Below, piece after piece: positions 35,901 to 46,173 of a stretch of 64,000 bases of DNA (positions are counted from its first letter, which is position 1; each line of letters begins with the position of its first letter). The position numbers and the translations under genes are program-made. The DNA comes from an uncultured Halomonas sp. GTDB taxonomy: Bacteria > Pseudomonadota > Gammaproteobacteria > Xanthomonadales > Wenzhouxiangellaceae. The stretch is taken from NCBI GenBank assembly GCA_964548715.1, contig CAZJSH010000005.1, positions 6,329-70,328 on the forward strand. The letters are read 5' to 3'. The notes beneath the pieces are model-generated. The model ran no database searches. It worked only from the letters and a program-made list of their open reading frames with translations, and had not been told where the DNA came from.

Positions 35901-36518
35901 ATGAAAAGTGCCCTGCCCTATCTGCTGCTGACTCTCATGACGTCCCTGCCCGACCCGTGCCCCGCCAACGACCGCCTGCTCGACGACTTCGCCGACACCG
36001 ACGGCCGGTCGACGCTGGGCACCGAATGGCAGGGCTTCACCGACCGCGTGATGGGCGGGGTGTCGGACATGCAGGCCGGCTATGTCGACACCGCCGACGG
36101 CCCGGCGCTGCGGATGCGCGGCACCGTTCGGCTGGACAACAACGGCGGGTTCGTCCAGGTGCGGCTGCCGCTGGTGGTCGACGGCACCGCGCTGGATGCG
36201 TCCGGCGCGTCCGCGTTCGTGGTCGAGGCGCGCGGCGCGCCCGGGCCGTACTACCTCCACCTGCGCACGCCCGACACGCGCCGGCCATGGGCCTACTACC
36301 GCGCCCGGCTGGACGTCGGCGAAGACTGGCGGCGAATCGTGGTGCCGCTGGACGGTTTCGAGCCGGTCGCCACGCGCAAGCCGCTGGATCGAGCCCGGCT
36401 CGTTTCGCTGGGCGTGGTGGCCTACGGCGAGGAATTCGACGCCGATCTGACGGTGCGGCGGATCGAACTCAGGGCTCCGGCTGACAGCTCGGACAGCGAT
36501 ACAGCCGACGACCGCTGA
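35901..36518 (+). CDS. CIA30 (complex I intermediate-associated protein 30)-family protein
   Basis: ATG 35901. FTDRVMGGVSD...LRMRGTVRLDNNGGFVQVRL is the CIA30 signature. The 3' 50 nt overlap the convergent nei gene. Confidence 0.75.
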   Translation: MKSALPYLLLTLMTSLPDPCPANDRLLDDFADTDGRSTLGTEWQGFTDRVMGGVSDMQAGYVDTADGPALRMRGTVRLDNNGGFVQVRLPLVVDGTALDASGASAFVVEARGAPGPYYLHLRTPDTRRPWAYYRARLDVGEDWRRIVVPLDGFEPVATRKPLDRARLVSLGVVAYGEEFDADLTVRRIELRAPADSSDSDTADDR

Positions 36519-37287
36519 CCACGATCTTCTCGATCGCTCCGTCGCAGGCGAAGCAGGCCTGGTCGGCGCGCGAGAATACGTAGTGCCGGTACTCGCGCCG
36601 CGCCCAGCCGGCCCGCTTCAGCGCATCGGCCTGCGCAGGATCGTTGGTGATGCCGCCGGTCTTCACCGAGCGCCACATCATCGTGTGCACGGCCTCGGCC
36701 AGGACCTCTCGCTGCTCGTCGTCGAGGTCCATCGGCCGGTGCTTCGGCGACAGGCAGGCCTCGAACAGGATCTCGGAACGCAGGTAGTTCCCGACCCCGG
36801 CCAGGAACCCCTGGTCGAGCAGCAGGTGGCCGAGCCGGCGGCGGCGGAAGTCGTCGCGCCCCATCCACTCGGCGATCTCGTCGACCGAGGCCTTGCTGGA
36901 CAGCACGTCGAGGCCGGCCCGCTCGAGAAACGGGTGGCTTTCGCCGGGCTCGATCCACTCGATTTCCGAGGCGCTGTAGAGCAGTGCGGACTTCGTCTCG
37001 GTCGAAAGCGCGAGCCGCAGCTGGCGCCCGGTGTCCGGTCGGCGGTCGGAGGCCGAGAACATCCACCGCCCGTACAGCTGGTTGTGCGTATAGACGCGCG
37101 CACCGTCGTCGAAGATCAGCATCAGCGCCTTGCCGAGCGTCGTGACCTTCGGCGGCGGACCGCCGACGCGCTCGGCCAGCGCGGCATCGACGTCATCGAA
37201 CGCGCACCGGGCCTCGGTCAGCGGCTTGCGGCCCAGCGCACGCTGGATCCGGCGGGCGACGCGGAACATTTCGGGACCTTCGGGCAT
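36469..37287 (-). CDS. nei: endonuclease VIII / Fpg-Nei family DNA glycosylase
   Basis: Mature N-terminus MPEGPE (catalytic Pro2) at ATG 37287. H2TH segment LLDQGFLAGVGNYLRSEILF. C-terminal zinc finger CFACDG...YRCPSCQ. Confidence 0.85.
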   Translation of the reverse strand: MPEGPEMFRVARRIQRALGRKPLTEARCAFDDVDAALAERVGGPPPKVTTLGKALMLIFDDGARVYTHNQLYGRWMFSASDRRPDTGRQLRLALSTETKSALLYSASEIEWIEPGESHPFLERAGLDVLSSKASVDEIAEWMGRDDFRRRRLGHLLLDQGFLAGVGNYLRSEILFEACLSPKHRPMDLDDEQREVLAEAVHTMMWRSVKTGGITNDPAQADALKRAGWARREYRHYVFSRADQACFACDGAIEKIVVSGRRLYRCPSCQPEP

Positions 37288-37331
37288 CGGTGTGAGCACG
37301 TGCGGTAAGGCGCGAATGCTAGCCTGACGGC

Positions 37332-38003
37332 ATGCGATGGATCGTCAATCTTCGGGTTTCGGTGCTCGGCCTGGTGGGAGCCGCCGCGCTGCTTCCGGCG
37401 GCCGACCCGGTGGAGTTCACGCCCGACGATGTCGCCGGCTGGACGGAACGCGCGTTCGAGGGCGCGACCCGCTACACCGTGGTGCCGTCTTCCGCGACCG
37501 GCGCCGATCACGCGGCGCTGCATGCCGACTGCAGCGAGGCCACCGCGTCCGGCCGGCTGCTGGAACGCGAGATCGACCTCGAACGCACGCCGATCCTGGA
37601 ATGGCGCTGGCGCGTGGACGGGATCTACGAAGGGCTGGACGAGGAACAGAAGAGCGGCGACGACTACCCCGCCCGCGTCTACGTCGTCGCGCGGCGCTGG
37701 CCGGCGTTCCGTTCGCGTGCGATCAACTACGTCTGGAGCAGCGCGCAGCCGGTCGGCACGACCTGGCCCAACGCGTTCTCGGACGCCTTCATGATGGTGG
37801 CCGTGCAGTCGGGTGACGACGAGCTCGGCGAGTGGATCACCGAGCGCCGCGATGTCCGGGCCGACTTCAAGCGCCTGCACGACCTCGATCTCGACACCGT
37901 CGACGCCTTGGCCGTCATGACCGACTGCGACAACGCCGGACAGACCGCGACCGCCTGGTACGGGCCGCTGCGGTGGCGTGCCGAGAGTCCCTCCGAGGAG
38001 TGA
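37332..38003 (+). CDS. DUF3047 domain protein (secreted)
   Basis: Signal peptide, then TPILEWRWRV and SGDDYPARVYVV, which match the DUF3047 pattern as I recall it. Confidence 0.7.
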   Translation: MRWIVNLRVSVLGLVGAAALLPAADPVEFTPDDVAGWTERAFEGATRYTVVPSSATGADHAALHADCSEATASGRLLEREIDLERTPILEWRWRVDGIYEGLDEEQKSGDDYPARVYVVARRWPAFRSRAINYVWSSAQPVGTTWPNAFSDAFMMVAVQSGDDELGEWITERRDVRADFKRLHDLDLDTVDALAVMTDCDNAGQTATAWYGPLRWRAESPSEE

Positions 38004-38010
38004 TGCGCGC

Positions 38011-38397
38011 TCAGCCGGCGCGCCGGGCCAGCGCCGCCCAACCCACGGCCAACCACGCCAGCATCAGCGTGACGCCACCGAACGGCGTGATGTAGGTCAG
38101 CCCCTCGATGCCGGTCAGCGCGGTGGCGTAGATGCTGAAGCTGAACAGGACGGTTCCCGCGATGAACAGCCAGCCGGCGATCGCAAGCCGGCGCCGGGCG
38201 CCGGTCGGCAGATCGATCCAGACCCCCAGGCCCACCGCGAGCGCGGCCAGCGCGCCGACCTGGTGGTAGCGGATGGCGGTCATGACCCAGCGCCAGGTTT
38301 CGTCGTCGAGGCCCGGACGAAGCGCGTGTTCGGCGGCCGCGCCGATGGCGACGGACAGGAAGCCCAGCAGGGCGGCAACGAGAAGCAGTCGGTTCAT
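38011..38397 (-). CDS. DUF423 (YgdD/TMEM256-like) membrane protein
   Basis: ATG 38397. 128 aa with four helices, AAEHAL and YHQ motifs, and a Gly-rich C-terminal helix typical of DUF423. Confidence 0.75.
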   Translation of the reverse strand: MNRLLLVAALLGFLSVAIGAAAEHALRPGLDDETWRWVMTAIRYHQVGALAALAVGLGVWIDLPTGARRRLAIAGWLFIAGTVLFSFSIYATALTGIEGLTYITPFGGVTLMLAWLAVGWAALARRAG

Positions 38398-38428
38398 GGT
38401 CGGGCTCGGCGGTGCGACGAAATCCGGA

Positions 38429-38839
38429 TTATCCCGGCCGGCGGTCACCGCCGTGCCAACGCCGCCGGGCCGCCTGGACCGCCACGGTCACCAGCAGCAG
38501 CACGGACAGCAACGGAATCGCCTGCGTCACGGTCCACCAGGCGTCCGGTCCGTCGGTGAACGCCAGGCGGAGATTGCCGGCCAGCACGGCCGAGATCGGC
38601 AGCCAGGCCGCACCGGCGATCACCAGGGCCCAGGCCAGCCCCCGGGTCCAGCGGCCCCGGGCCCAGGGCAGGCCCAGGGCCGGCAGGACGGTCATCGAAA
38701 CGGCGGTCGCCAGTGTGCCGAGCGGCAAGCCGGTCCCGAACGGATCGATCAGCAACCACTCCGTGCCCGTCGCCAGGCCGAAGACGGTGACCACCACGAT
38801 CGTGAGCCCGACCAGCGATGCGGCAATGCCGGTCTTCAT
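38429..38839 (-). CDS. hypothetical membrane protein
   Basis: Only the last 136 aa of the 312-aa track ORF are plausible. ATG 38839 overlaps the stop of the SGNH gene (ATGA). Four hydrophobic helices. Confidence 0.55.
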   Translation of the reverse strand: MKTGIAASLVGLTIVVVTVFGLATGTEWLLIDPFGTGLPLGTLATAVSMTVLPALGLPWARGRWTRGLAWALVIAGAAWLPISAVLAGNLRLAFTDGPDAWWTVTQAIPLLSVLLLVTVAVQAARRRWHGGDRRPG

Positions 38840-39705
38840 CGAAACCGGCTCCGGAAGATCACTTCGAAGCGATCCTCGAAATAGCCGTCGAACTGGTTGA
38901 GCACCAGGCCGTCGTATCCCTCGGCATTCAAGTGAAAGCAGTCGTCGCCGTCCAGCCGCAGCGCCTCGACCGGGCTGGGCAGCGCAAGGTCGCCCGGCGG
39001 GGTCAACTGGCCGGGCGGGATGCCGTCGGAGGGAAAACCGAACTGCGCCTGCATCAGGCCGAGATGGCTGACCTGGAAGACCCGCGGATGGGCCGCGGCC
39101 AGTCCGGCCATGGCCTGCTCGAACTCGGTCGACGCGGTATTGAGCTGGAGCGGATCGGGCTGGCCCAGGTCGCTCCACAGCGGCGCGCAGACGAACAACC
39201 CGATCACCCCGCCCAGCGTGTCGACGAAATTCGGATAGTCGTAGAAACTCAGCAGGATCTCGACATCCGGCCGCGCGTCGAGGATGAAACCGGTCAGCTG
39301 ATCGAGGTCGGCGTAGACCCGGTCGGTCAGGACCTGCACCTGGCTCGGTGTCAGCGCGGTGCTCCATTCATTCAGGAAGTCGTTGCCGCCCAGCGTGATC
39401 TGCACGACGCCGATGTCGTCGCGCAGCGCGAGCTCATCGGCAAGCAGCTGCAGACGGCCCGGCTGGACCCAATCCGCTGCCGTCGTCCCCGACTCGGCCG
39501 TGGCCGCACCGTAGACAGCCACACCAGCCTGCCCGACCGCGTCGAAGACCAGTGCGTGCGCCTGGTCGTCCCACTGCTGTTCGGCCCAGCTGTCGCCGAC
39601 CAGCAGCAGGCCGTCGACGGCGCGCGCGGCACCGGACGGCGCAGCGACGGCCATGACGAGGCCGAGGACGCACCACGACCGAACGGGTCGGCTCAGCTTC
39701 GTCAT
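38836..39705 (-). CDS. secreted SGNH/GDSL-family hydrolase
   Basis: Signal peptide, then block I LVGDSW, block III GGNDF and block V DCFHLN (DxxH). Confidence 0.75.
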   Translation of the reverse strand: MTKLSRPVRSWCVLGLVMAVAAPSGAARAVDGLLLVGDSWAEQQWDDQAHALVFDAVGQAGVAVYGAATAESGTTAADWVQPGRLQLLADELALRDDIGVVQITLGGNDFLNEWSTALTPSQVQVLTDRVYADLDQLTGFILDARPDVEILLSFYDYPNFVDTLGGVIGLFVCAPLWSDLGQPDPLQLNTASTEFEQAMAGLAAAHPRVFQVSHLGLMQAQFGFPSDGIPPGQLTPPGDLALPSPVEALRLDGDDCFHLNAEGYDGLVLNQFDGYFEDRFEVIFRSRFR

Positions 39706-39812
39706 GCAGGTTCCATTTCACATGCGAGAATCCGATCGTACCCGACCGGCGAGGGTGCCGCGAGCGACAACGGTTCTCGGCTTCTGAGAACGGCCGACGT
39801 ATCATCGAGGTC

Positions 39813-42473
39813 ATGATCGCGCACCTTGACCCGTCGATGCTGACGCTGACGCCCACCGCTCGCCTCGCACGAGCCGAGCGGCAGCGGCTCGCCGCCGCGA
39901 TCGCGGGCAGCGGCGAGACGGCCTGGCATACGCCGGAGGTCCTGAGCCTCGTCGCGTGGCTGAAAACGTTGCGCGATGAGGCGCTGATGTCGGGCGCCGT
40001 CGACAGCGTGATCATCGGCGACGACGCCGCGCGCGAACTGTGGCGCGAGGCGATCGACACCGAGGTCTTCGTCGGCGAGCCGCGCGTGGTCGAGCTGGCC
40101 CAGCGGGCCTGGCGGACCATCCACGAGCACCGGCTGGAATCTCCGGAGCGCTGGCCGGACCCGATGCTGTCGGAAGACAGCCGCGCGTTCCAGCGCTGGG
40201 TAGCCCGCTTCCGGACGGCCTGCCGCGAACGTGGCGTGGTCGACGAATGGTGCTTCGCCGCCACCCTGCCCGACCGGATTCGCGAACGCCGGCTGCCGCT
40301 GCCGGCGGCGATCCGGCGGGTCGGCTTCGAACTCGAGCCCGTGCCGCTGGTCCGGGCGCTGTTCGAGGCGCTGGCCGAGGTCGGCGTCCGGATCGAGGAC
40401 GCGGAGGCGGAATCGGCCGCGTCCGTGTCGCCGAGCGTCCGCGCCTTCAGCGACGGCGACCGCGAGCTGCGCGCCGCGGCCGCCTGGGCGAGGGCGCAGC
40501 TGACCGAGCGGCCCGAGGGCCGGATCGGCGTCGTGGTGCCCGACCTGGCCGGCCGGCTCGGCCAGGTCGAGCGGATCTTCGCCGAAATCTTCGACCCGCC
40601 CGGCTACGCACTGGACGACCGCGGCGACGCGGCCTGGCACGTGTCGATGGGCCCGGAGCTGGCCGACTGGCCGCTGGTCGCCGACGCGCTGCTGCTGCTC
40701 GGGCTCCGGCCCGACCGGGTCGAGCAACCGGTGGCCGGTCGCATACTGCGCTCGCCGTGGCTGGCCGAGTCCGGCCGCGAGCAACGGGTGCGCGCCGGCG
40801 CGGAGGCCGACCTGATGCGCTGGGCGCCCTATGCGCTGACCGTGCACGAGCTGGTGTTCGCGCTGAAGACCGCCGGCGCGACCCACCTGGCCGAGGCGCT
40901 GGAGGCCTGGCGCGGGCTGCGCCTCCGACACGCCGATGCGGCCTGGCCGTCGACCTGGACCGAGCGCTTCCAGACCGAGCTCAGCGCACTGGGCTTCGGC
41001 CACGGGCGCGGCCTGAACAGCCGCGAATTCCAGGTGCTTCGGCGCTGGCACGAGCTGCTCGAAGCCTTCGCCGCGCTCGACGGCACGGTGTCCGGTCCGC
41101 TGCCGCGCGGCCAGGCCCTGGCCCGGCTGGCCGAGCGCGCCCGCGACGTCACCTTCCGCGAGGCCGATCCGGGCAGCGCGGTCGAAATCCTCGGCGTGCA
41201 GGAGGCGCTCGGCGCGCGCTTCGACGCCGCCTGGCTGACCACGCTGGACCGGGACACCTGGCCGGCGGCCGCGCGCCGCGACCCGCTGATCCCCGGCCCC
41301 GTCCAGCGCGGCGTGCCGGCCAGCACCGCCGACGGCTGCCGCGCCCGCGCGCTGGACGAGCTGGCCGGGCTGCAGCGGATCGCGCCCGAACTGTACGGCA
41401 GTTACTCGCTGGGCGAGGACGAGATTCCGCGCCGCTGCACGCCGCTGCTGGGCGTCGAGCCGAGCGAGATCGACGCGACGACCGAGACCGACCAGGTCGA
41501 ACCCATCGTGCTCGAGACCGTCGACGAGGACCGCCATGCACCGGTGCTGCCAGGCGACGAGGTCGGCGGCGGCACCGCCGTGCTGCGCGACCAGTCGGCC
41601 TGCCCGTTCCGCGCGTTCGCCGTGCACCGACTGAAGGCGCGCGAGCTGTCGGCGCCCCGCCCCGGCCTGGGCGCACTGCAGCGCGGCCAACTGCTGCACT
41701 GGGCGCTGGAAGCCTTCTGGCGGCCGCTGCTGGATCGCGACGCGCTGGGCGCACTGAACGAACTGGATGCTGCCGAACGGGCGGCCCGGATCGAGGACGC
41801 CGCAGACGCGGCGCTGGACCGCTTGCTGGCCAAACACCGTCTGACACTGAGCCGGGCCGGCCGCGACCTCGAACGCCGCTGCACCGAGCGGCTGCTGGAC
41901 CGCTGGCTGGACCTGGAGCGCGCCCGCCGGCCGTTCGAGGTGCGGGCCCTGGAGCGGAAGATCGCGATGCGCTTCGGCCCGCTGACGCTCTCGGGCACGA
42001 TCGACCGCATCGACCGGACCCCGGCCGGCCCGGTCGTGATCGACTACAAGACCGGCGCCCGCGGCCGCAACGCCTGGCGACCGGATGCCCGCATCGACGA
42101 CCCGCAGCTGCCGGCCTACGCGCTGTCGCTGGACGATGCGCCCGCCGCGCTGGCCTTCGCCCGGCTGCGACCCGACGACCTCGGCTTCGACGGGCTTGCC
42201 GGTGGGGAAGTCGGCATCGACGGAGTGCCAGCGCTGGACGGCCTCCGCGGCGCGTGGACGGGCGTCGATGATTTCGACGCGCTGCTGGCCGACTGGAAGG
42301 CCGCGCTGAATGCGCTGGCCTTCGACTTCGCCGAGGGCAGGGCCGAGGTCGACCCGCGCGAACCCCGGGTGTGCGGCCATTGCCACCTGCACGCGCTGTG
42401 CCGCATCCACGAGCGCGACCCGCTTGCAGAGACCAGCGCCGAGACCGCCGCCGACGCCGAGGGCAGAGAATGA
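39813..42473 (+). CDS. addB: AddB-like PD-(D/E)XK nuclease subunit of a helicase-nuclease complex
   Basis: 886 aa with no Walker A. C-terminal RecB-type nuclease motif GTIDRIDRT....VIDYKTG, flanked by Cys residues (SACPF ... CGHCHLHALC) as in the AddB iron-sulfur cluster. Stop overlaps the addA start (ATGA). Confidence 0.75.
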   Translation: MIAHLDPSMLTLTPTARLARAERQRLAAAIAGSGETAWHTPEVLSLVAWLKTLRDEALMSGAVDSVIIGDDAARELWREAIDTEVFVGEPRVVELAQRAWRTIHEHRLESPERWPDPMLSEDSRAFQRWVARFRTACRERGVVDEWCFAATLPDRIRERRLPLPAAIRRVGFELEPVPLVRALFEALAEVGVRIEDAEAESAASVSPSVRAFSDGDRELRAAAAWARAQLTERPEGRIGVVVPDLAGRLGQVERIFAEIFDPPGYALDDRGDAAWHVSMGPELADWPLVADALLLLGLRPDRVEQPVAGRILRSPWLAESGREQRVRAGAEADLMRWAPYALTVHELVFALKTAGATHLAEALEAWRGLRLRHADAAWPSTWTERFQTELSALGFGHGRGLNSREFQVLRRWHELLEAFAALDGTVSGPLPRGQALARLAERARDVTFREADPGSAVEILGVQEALGARFDAAWLTTLDRDTWPAAARRDPLIPGPVQRGVPASTADGCRARALDELAGLQRIAPELYGSYSLGEDEIPRRCTPLLGVEPSEIDATTETDQVEPIVLETVDEDRHAPVLPGDEVGGGTAVLRDQSACPFRAFAVHRLKARELSAPRPGLGALQRGQLLHWALEAFWRPLLDRDALGALNELDAAERAARIEDAADAALDRLLAKHRLTLSRAGRDLERRCTERLLDRWLDLERARRPFEVRALERKIAMRFGPLTLSGTIDRIDRTPAGPVVIDYKTGARGRNAWRPDARIDDPQLPAYALSLDDAPAALAFARLRPDDLGFDGLAGGEVGIDGVPALDGLRGAWTGVDDFDALLADWKAALNALAFDFAEGRAEVDPREPRVCGHCHLHALCRIHERDPLAETSAETAADAEGRE

Positions 42474-45400
42474 GCGACGCCGCACAGCGCCGTCACGCAG
42501 TCCGCCCCGACCGCTCGGTGATCGTCCAGGCGCCGGCCGGCTCGGGCAAGACCACGCTGCTGGTCGAGCGCTTCCTGACCCTGCTCGAAACCGTCGAGGC
42601 GCCGGAAGAGATCCTGGCCATCACCTTCACCCGCAAGGCGGCGGCGGAGATGAAACAGCGCATCCTCCGCGTGCTGGAAGCCGATTTCTCCAGCAGCGCG
42701 CCGCACGAGCAGGACCTGTTGGCCTGCGCGCAGCGGCTGCGGGATCGAGTGGCGGACTGGGACCTGCTGGCCAATCCGCAGCGGTTGATGATCCGCACCA
42801 TCGACTCGTTCAGCCACTACCTGGCGCGCAGCATGCCGGTGGCCAGCCGGCTAGGACCGGTGCCGGCCCCGGCCGAGGACACCCAACCGCTGTACCGCGA
42901 AGCCGCCCGCCGGGTGCTGGACCGGGCCGGTGAGACGGACGGGCCGCTGGGCGGCGCGCTGGACGCGCTGCTGCTGTGGCGCGACCACCGGACCCAGGAT
43001 CTCGAGGACCTGCTGGTCGACCTGCTGAAGCGTCGCGAGCAGTGGTTGCGCGCGCTGACCGTGACCGCGCCGGAGCGCGGCGCGCTGGAAGGCGTGCTCG
43101 ACGACCTGGTGCGCGAGCGGCTGTACGCGGCCCGCCAGGCGCTGGAGGATGCGCTGGCCGCGGCCGGAAGCTCGCCGGACGAACTGGCCGGGCTGCTCGA
43201 TTTCGCGGCCGGCCAGCTGCGTGCGGCAGACAGGAAGTCGCCGCTTCGCGAATGGCCCGCGGGTGGACTGCCCGGGGCCGATCCCGACGCGATTCCGGCC
43301 TGGCGGGCGCTCGGCGAGGCGTTGCTGACCCGGGCCGGGACCTGGCGCAAGAGCGTCACGGTCGCGACCGGCTTTCCGCCGAAAACGCCGGAAAAGGACC
43401 GGATGACCGCGCTGCTCGAAGCGTGGGCCGACGACGAGCTGCTGGCCGGGCGGCTCGACGCGACGCGCGCCCTGCCCGCACCGCACTACGCCGACGACGA
43501 ATGGGCCGTGCTCGATGCGCTGATCCAGGTGCTGCGCCAGGCCGCCGCCGAGCTGGCCGTGGTGTTCGCCGAACGGGCGCAGACCGATTTCACCGGGCTG
43601 TCGGGTGCGGCGCTGACCGCGCTCGGCGACGAGGACGCCGGCTATACCGACCTCGGCCTGTACCTCGACCGCCGCATCCGGCACATCCTGGTCGACGAGT
43701 ACCAGGACACCAACTGGGCACAGTTCCACCTGCTCGAGAAGTTGACCCACGGCTGGGAGCCCGACGACGGCCGCACGCTGTTCGTGGTCGGCGACCCGAT
43801 GCAGTCGATCTACCGGTTCCGCGAGGCCGAGGTCGGACTGTTCATCCGGACCCGCGACCGCGGCATCGGCGAGTTGCAGCTCGACGACGTCCGCCTGAGC
43901 CGCAATTTCCGCTCGCGGGCCGAGGTCGTCGACTGGGTCAATGAACGGCTCGGGCCGGTCTTTCCCGAACGCGAAGACATCGCCGCCGGCGCGGTCGCCT
44001 ACGCACCGTCCGAGGCCGGCCGCGCCGCCGGCGGCAGCGTCGAACTGCACGCCCTGCCCGACGACGCGGCCGAAGCCGAGCGGGTCGCCCGGCTGCTGCT
44101 CGACGCGATCGAGGCGCATCGCGGCGAGAAGGACTGGAAAGCGGCGATCATCGTGCGCTCGCGCAACCACCTGCGGGCCATCCTGCCGGCACTGAAGCGT
44201 CACGCCCTCCCGTTCCGCGCGGTCAAGCTCGACCCGCTGGTCGCGCGTCCGGTGGTCCAGGACCTGCTCGCGCTGACCCGGGCGATCCGCCTGCCGGCCG
44301 ACACCGCCGCGCTGCTGGCGGTGCTGCGCGCGCCGTGGTGCGGGCTGCAACTTGCCGACCTGCACCGGCTGGCCGGCGACGGCGGCGATCCCCACGACGC
44401 CGCGGCCCCGGCCCGACTCGACGGTGACGCGCGCGATCGGGCCGAGCGCGTCTACGACGCCCTGGCCCGGGCTCGCCAACGCATCGGACGGCGGCCGCTG
44501 CGGGCGCTGGTCGAGGGCGCCTGGCAGCGGCTCGGTGGCCCGGCCCTGCTGGAACGCCCCGACGGCGACCGCGCCGACGCCGCGCAGTACCTGGACCTGC
44601 TCGATGCCGCCGATGCCGACGGGCTGCTGGACGATCTCGCCGCCTTCGAGGAACGTCTTGCGGCCGCGTACACGGCCGGCGACCCGCCCTCGGACAAGGT
44701 GCGGCTGGAAATCCTGACCATGCACGGCGCCAAGGGCCTGGAGTGGGACCTGGTCGTCCTGCCGCAATTGAATCGCGGCACCGGCGGCGGCCAGCACGAC
44801 CTGCTGTACTGGCTGCCGCTCACCCGGCCGGATGGCGACGAGGCCGTGCTGCTGGCGCCGTTGCGCGCGGCCGACCAGCCCGACAACACAGCGCTGATCG
44901 ACCTGATCCGGAACGAACGAAAGCTGCGCGAGGACTACGAGAGCCAGCGACTGCTTTACGTGGCCGCGACCCGGGCGCGCGAACGGCTGGTCCTGACCAC
45001 CGCGCTGGATCCCGAGCGAAGCGGCGGGCCGAAGCCCGGCCGAGGCACGCTGCTGGAGCGCCTGTGGCCCGGCTGCGGGTCGACGTTCCTCGAGGCGCTG
45101 GCTGCGGCATCCGACACCTCCGAGGCGACCGGCAACGCGTCCGAACCGGCGCGTGCGCCGGACCTGAAACGCGTACCCGCCGAATGGCGGCCGTCGCTCG
45201 GTGCGCGCATGGCCTGGTCGCCTCCCCTGCCGCCGCGCGAGCGCGAAGTCGAGATCGAGTTCAACTGGGCCGGCGCCGAGGCGCGCCGCACCGGCGACGT
45301 GCTGCACCGACTGCTCGAACAGGTCGGCCGGGTCGGCGTGGAGGATTTCGACGACGACGCCCGCGCCGCACTCGTCGATCGCATTCCCGCCCTGCTGCGT

Positions 45401-45796
45401 GCGCTGGGAACCGGTCCGGAGACCCTCCCGACCAGTCGGGCCATGGTTCGCGAGGCGTTCGAACAGACGCTGGCCAGCCGGACCGGCCGCTGGATCCTCA
45501 GCGGCCGGCACCGCGAACACGCCTGCGAACTGCCGCTGACCGGCGTCGTCGACGGCCGCCTGGTCAATGCCATCATCGACCGCACCTTCATCGATTCCGA
45601 CGGCACGCGCTGGATCGTCGACTACAAGTCCGGCTACCACGCCGGCGGCGACCTGGAAGGCTTCCTCGGCGAAGAAGCAGAACGCTACGACGCCCAGCTC
45701 GGCCTGTACCGGCGGCTGTTCGAGCAGCTCGGCGAATCCGACATCCGGACCGCGCTGTATCTGCCGCGGCACGATCGGCTGGTCGAAACCGGCTGA
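42470..45796 (+). CDS. addA: AddA-like UvrD/Rep-family helicase with C-terminal RecB-type nuclease
   Basis: ATG 42470. Walker A APAGSGKTT, FTRKAAAEM, VDEYQDTN, GDPMQSIYRFR, TMHGAKGLEW and VAATRARE. C-terminal IIDRTFID....WIVDYKSG nuclease motif. Confidence 0.85.
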   Translation: MSDAAQRRHAVRPDRSVIVQAPAGSGKTTLLVERFLTLLETVEAPEEILAITFTRKAAAEMKQRILRVLEADFSSSAPHEQDLLACAQRLRDRVADWDLLANPQRLMIRTIDSFSHYLARSMPVASRLGPVPAPAEDTQPLYREAARRVLDRAGETDGPLGGALDALLLWRDHRTQDLEDLLVDLLKRREQWLRALTVTAPERGALEGVLDDLVRERLYAARQALEDALAAAGSSPDELAGLLDFAAGQLRAADRKSPLREWPAGGLPGADPDAIPAWRALGEALLTRAGTWRKSVTVATGFPPKTPEKDRMTALLEAWADDELLAGRLDATRALPAPHYADDEWAVLDALIQVLRQAAAELAVVFAERAQTDFTGLSGAALTALGDEDAGYTDLGLYLDRRIRHILVDEYQDTNWAQFHLLEKLTHGWEPDDGRTLFVVGDPMQSIYRFREAEVGLFIRTRDRGIGELQLDDVRLSRNFRSRAEVVDWVNERLGPVFPEREDIAAGAVAYAPSEAGRAAGGSVELHALPDDAAEAERVARLLLDAIEAHRGEKDWKAAIIVRSRNHLRAILPALKRHALPFRAVKLDPLVARPVVQDLLALTRAIRLPADTAALLAVLRAPWCGLQLADLHRLAGDGGDPHDAAAPARLDGDARDRAERVYDALARARQRIGRRPLRALVEGAWQRLGGPALLERPDGDRADAAQYLDLLDAADADGLLDDLAAFEERLAAAYTAGDPPSDKVRLEILTMHGAKGLEWDLVVLPQLNRGTGGGQHDLLYWLPLTRPDGDEAVLLAPLRAADQPDNTALIDLIRNERKLREDYESQRLLYVAATRARERLVLTTALDPERSGGPKPGRGTLLERLWPGCGSTFLEALAAASDTSEATGNASEPARAPDLKRVPAEWRPSLGARMAWSPPLPPREREVEIEFNWAGAEARRTGDVLHRLLEQVGRVGVEDFDDDARAALVDRIPALLRALGTGPETLPTSRAMVREAFEQTLASRTGRWILSGRHREHACELPLTGVVDGRLVNAIIDRTFIDSDGTRWIVDYKSGYHAGGDLEGFLGEEAERYDAQLGLYRRLFEQLGESDIRTALYLPRHDRLVETG

Positions 45797-45821
45797 GCGG
45801 GCCGGATTCTCAGGGCCTTGT

Positions 45822-46042
45822 AAAAAGCATCTCTCGCAGAGACGCAGAGGCGCAGAGAAACGCCTTCCTGGTGCGATGCCGATCCGGATCGGCGCCCTGG
45901 AGAACGCCTTTCGAGGATGGCCGCGATGGCGCAAAGGGGCGATGACCGCGAAGAAACCCGAAACGAAAGAAAGAACGCGCTGCTTTCCTTCCATCTCGAG
46001 CTCTTCTCTGCGCCTCTGCATCTCTGCGAGAACAGGCTTTTC
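45822..46042 (+). repeat. MITE/REP-like element, copy 1 (~221 bp, 28-bp terminal inverted repeats)
   Basis: TIRs tctcgcagagacgcagaggcgcagagaa (45832-45859) and ttctctgcgcctctgcatctctgcgaga (46004-46031) are reverse complements with one mismatch. Internal perfect palindrome gccgatccggatcggc (45878-45893). No coding capacity. A second copy lies at 46698-46918. Confidence 0.7.
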
Positions 46043-46173
46043 TGCGGTTTCCCGCTTCTGCGTTTCTCCGCGTCGCTGCGCCTGCGTGAGGACCGCTTTC
46101 CGCCCACGGTTCAGGAGGGATTCAGGCGAGCGAAGGCAGGCTACGTCCAGACCCCTCGAACCGGAGACCCGTC

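Noticed and set aside
34588-36518. Track ORFs 34588-35859 (423 aa) and 35268-36518 (416 aa), suggesting large proteins.
   Set aside because: Each is an out-of-frame read-through of the preceding gene joined to a real downstream gene. Family motifs begin only at ATG 35311 (DUF1543) and ATG 35901 (CIA30).
39813-45796. The AddAB-type helicase-nuclease pair as a possible phage-defence or novel nuclease system.
   Set aside because: The motif content and the translationally coupled two-gene arrangement match the housekeeping AddAB double-strand-break repair complex. No accessory genes are present.
39702-46021. Very long minus-strand ORFs (39702-42485, 927 aa; 42851-46021, 1056 aa) antisense to the addB/addA genes.
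   Set aside because: The translations are Arg/Gly/Ala/Pro/Gln/His-rich and have no recognisable motifs. The + strand frames carry complete UvrD-helicase and RecB-nuclease motif sets. Long antisense ORFs are expected in GC-rich DNA because stop codons are AT-rich.
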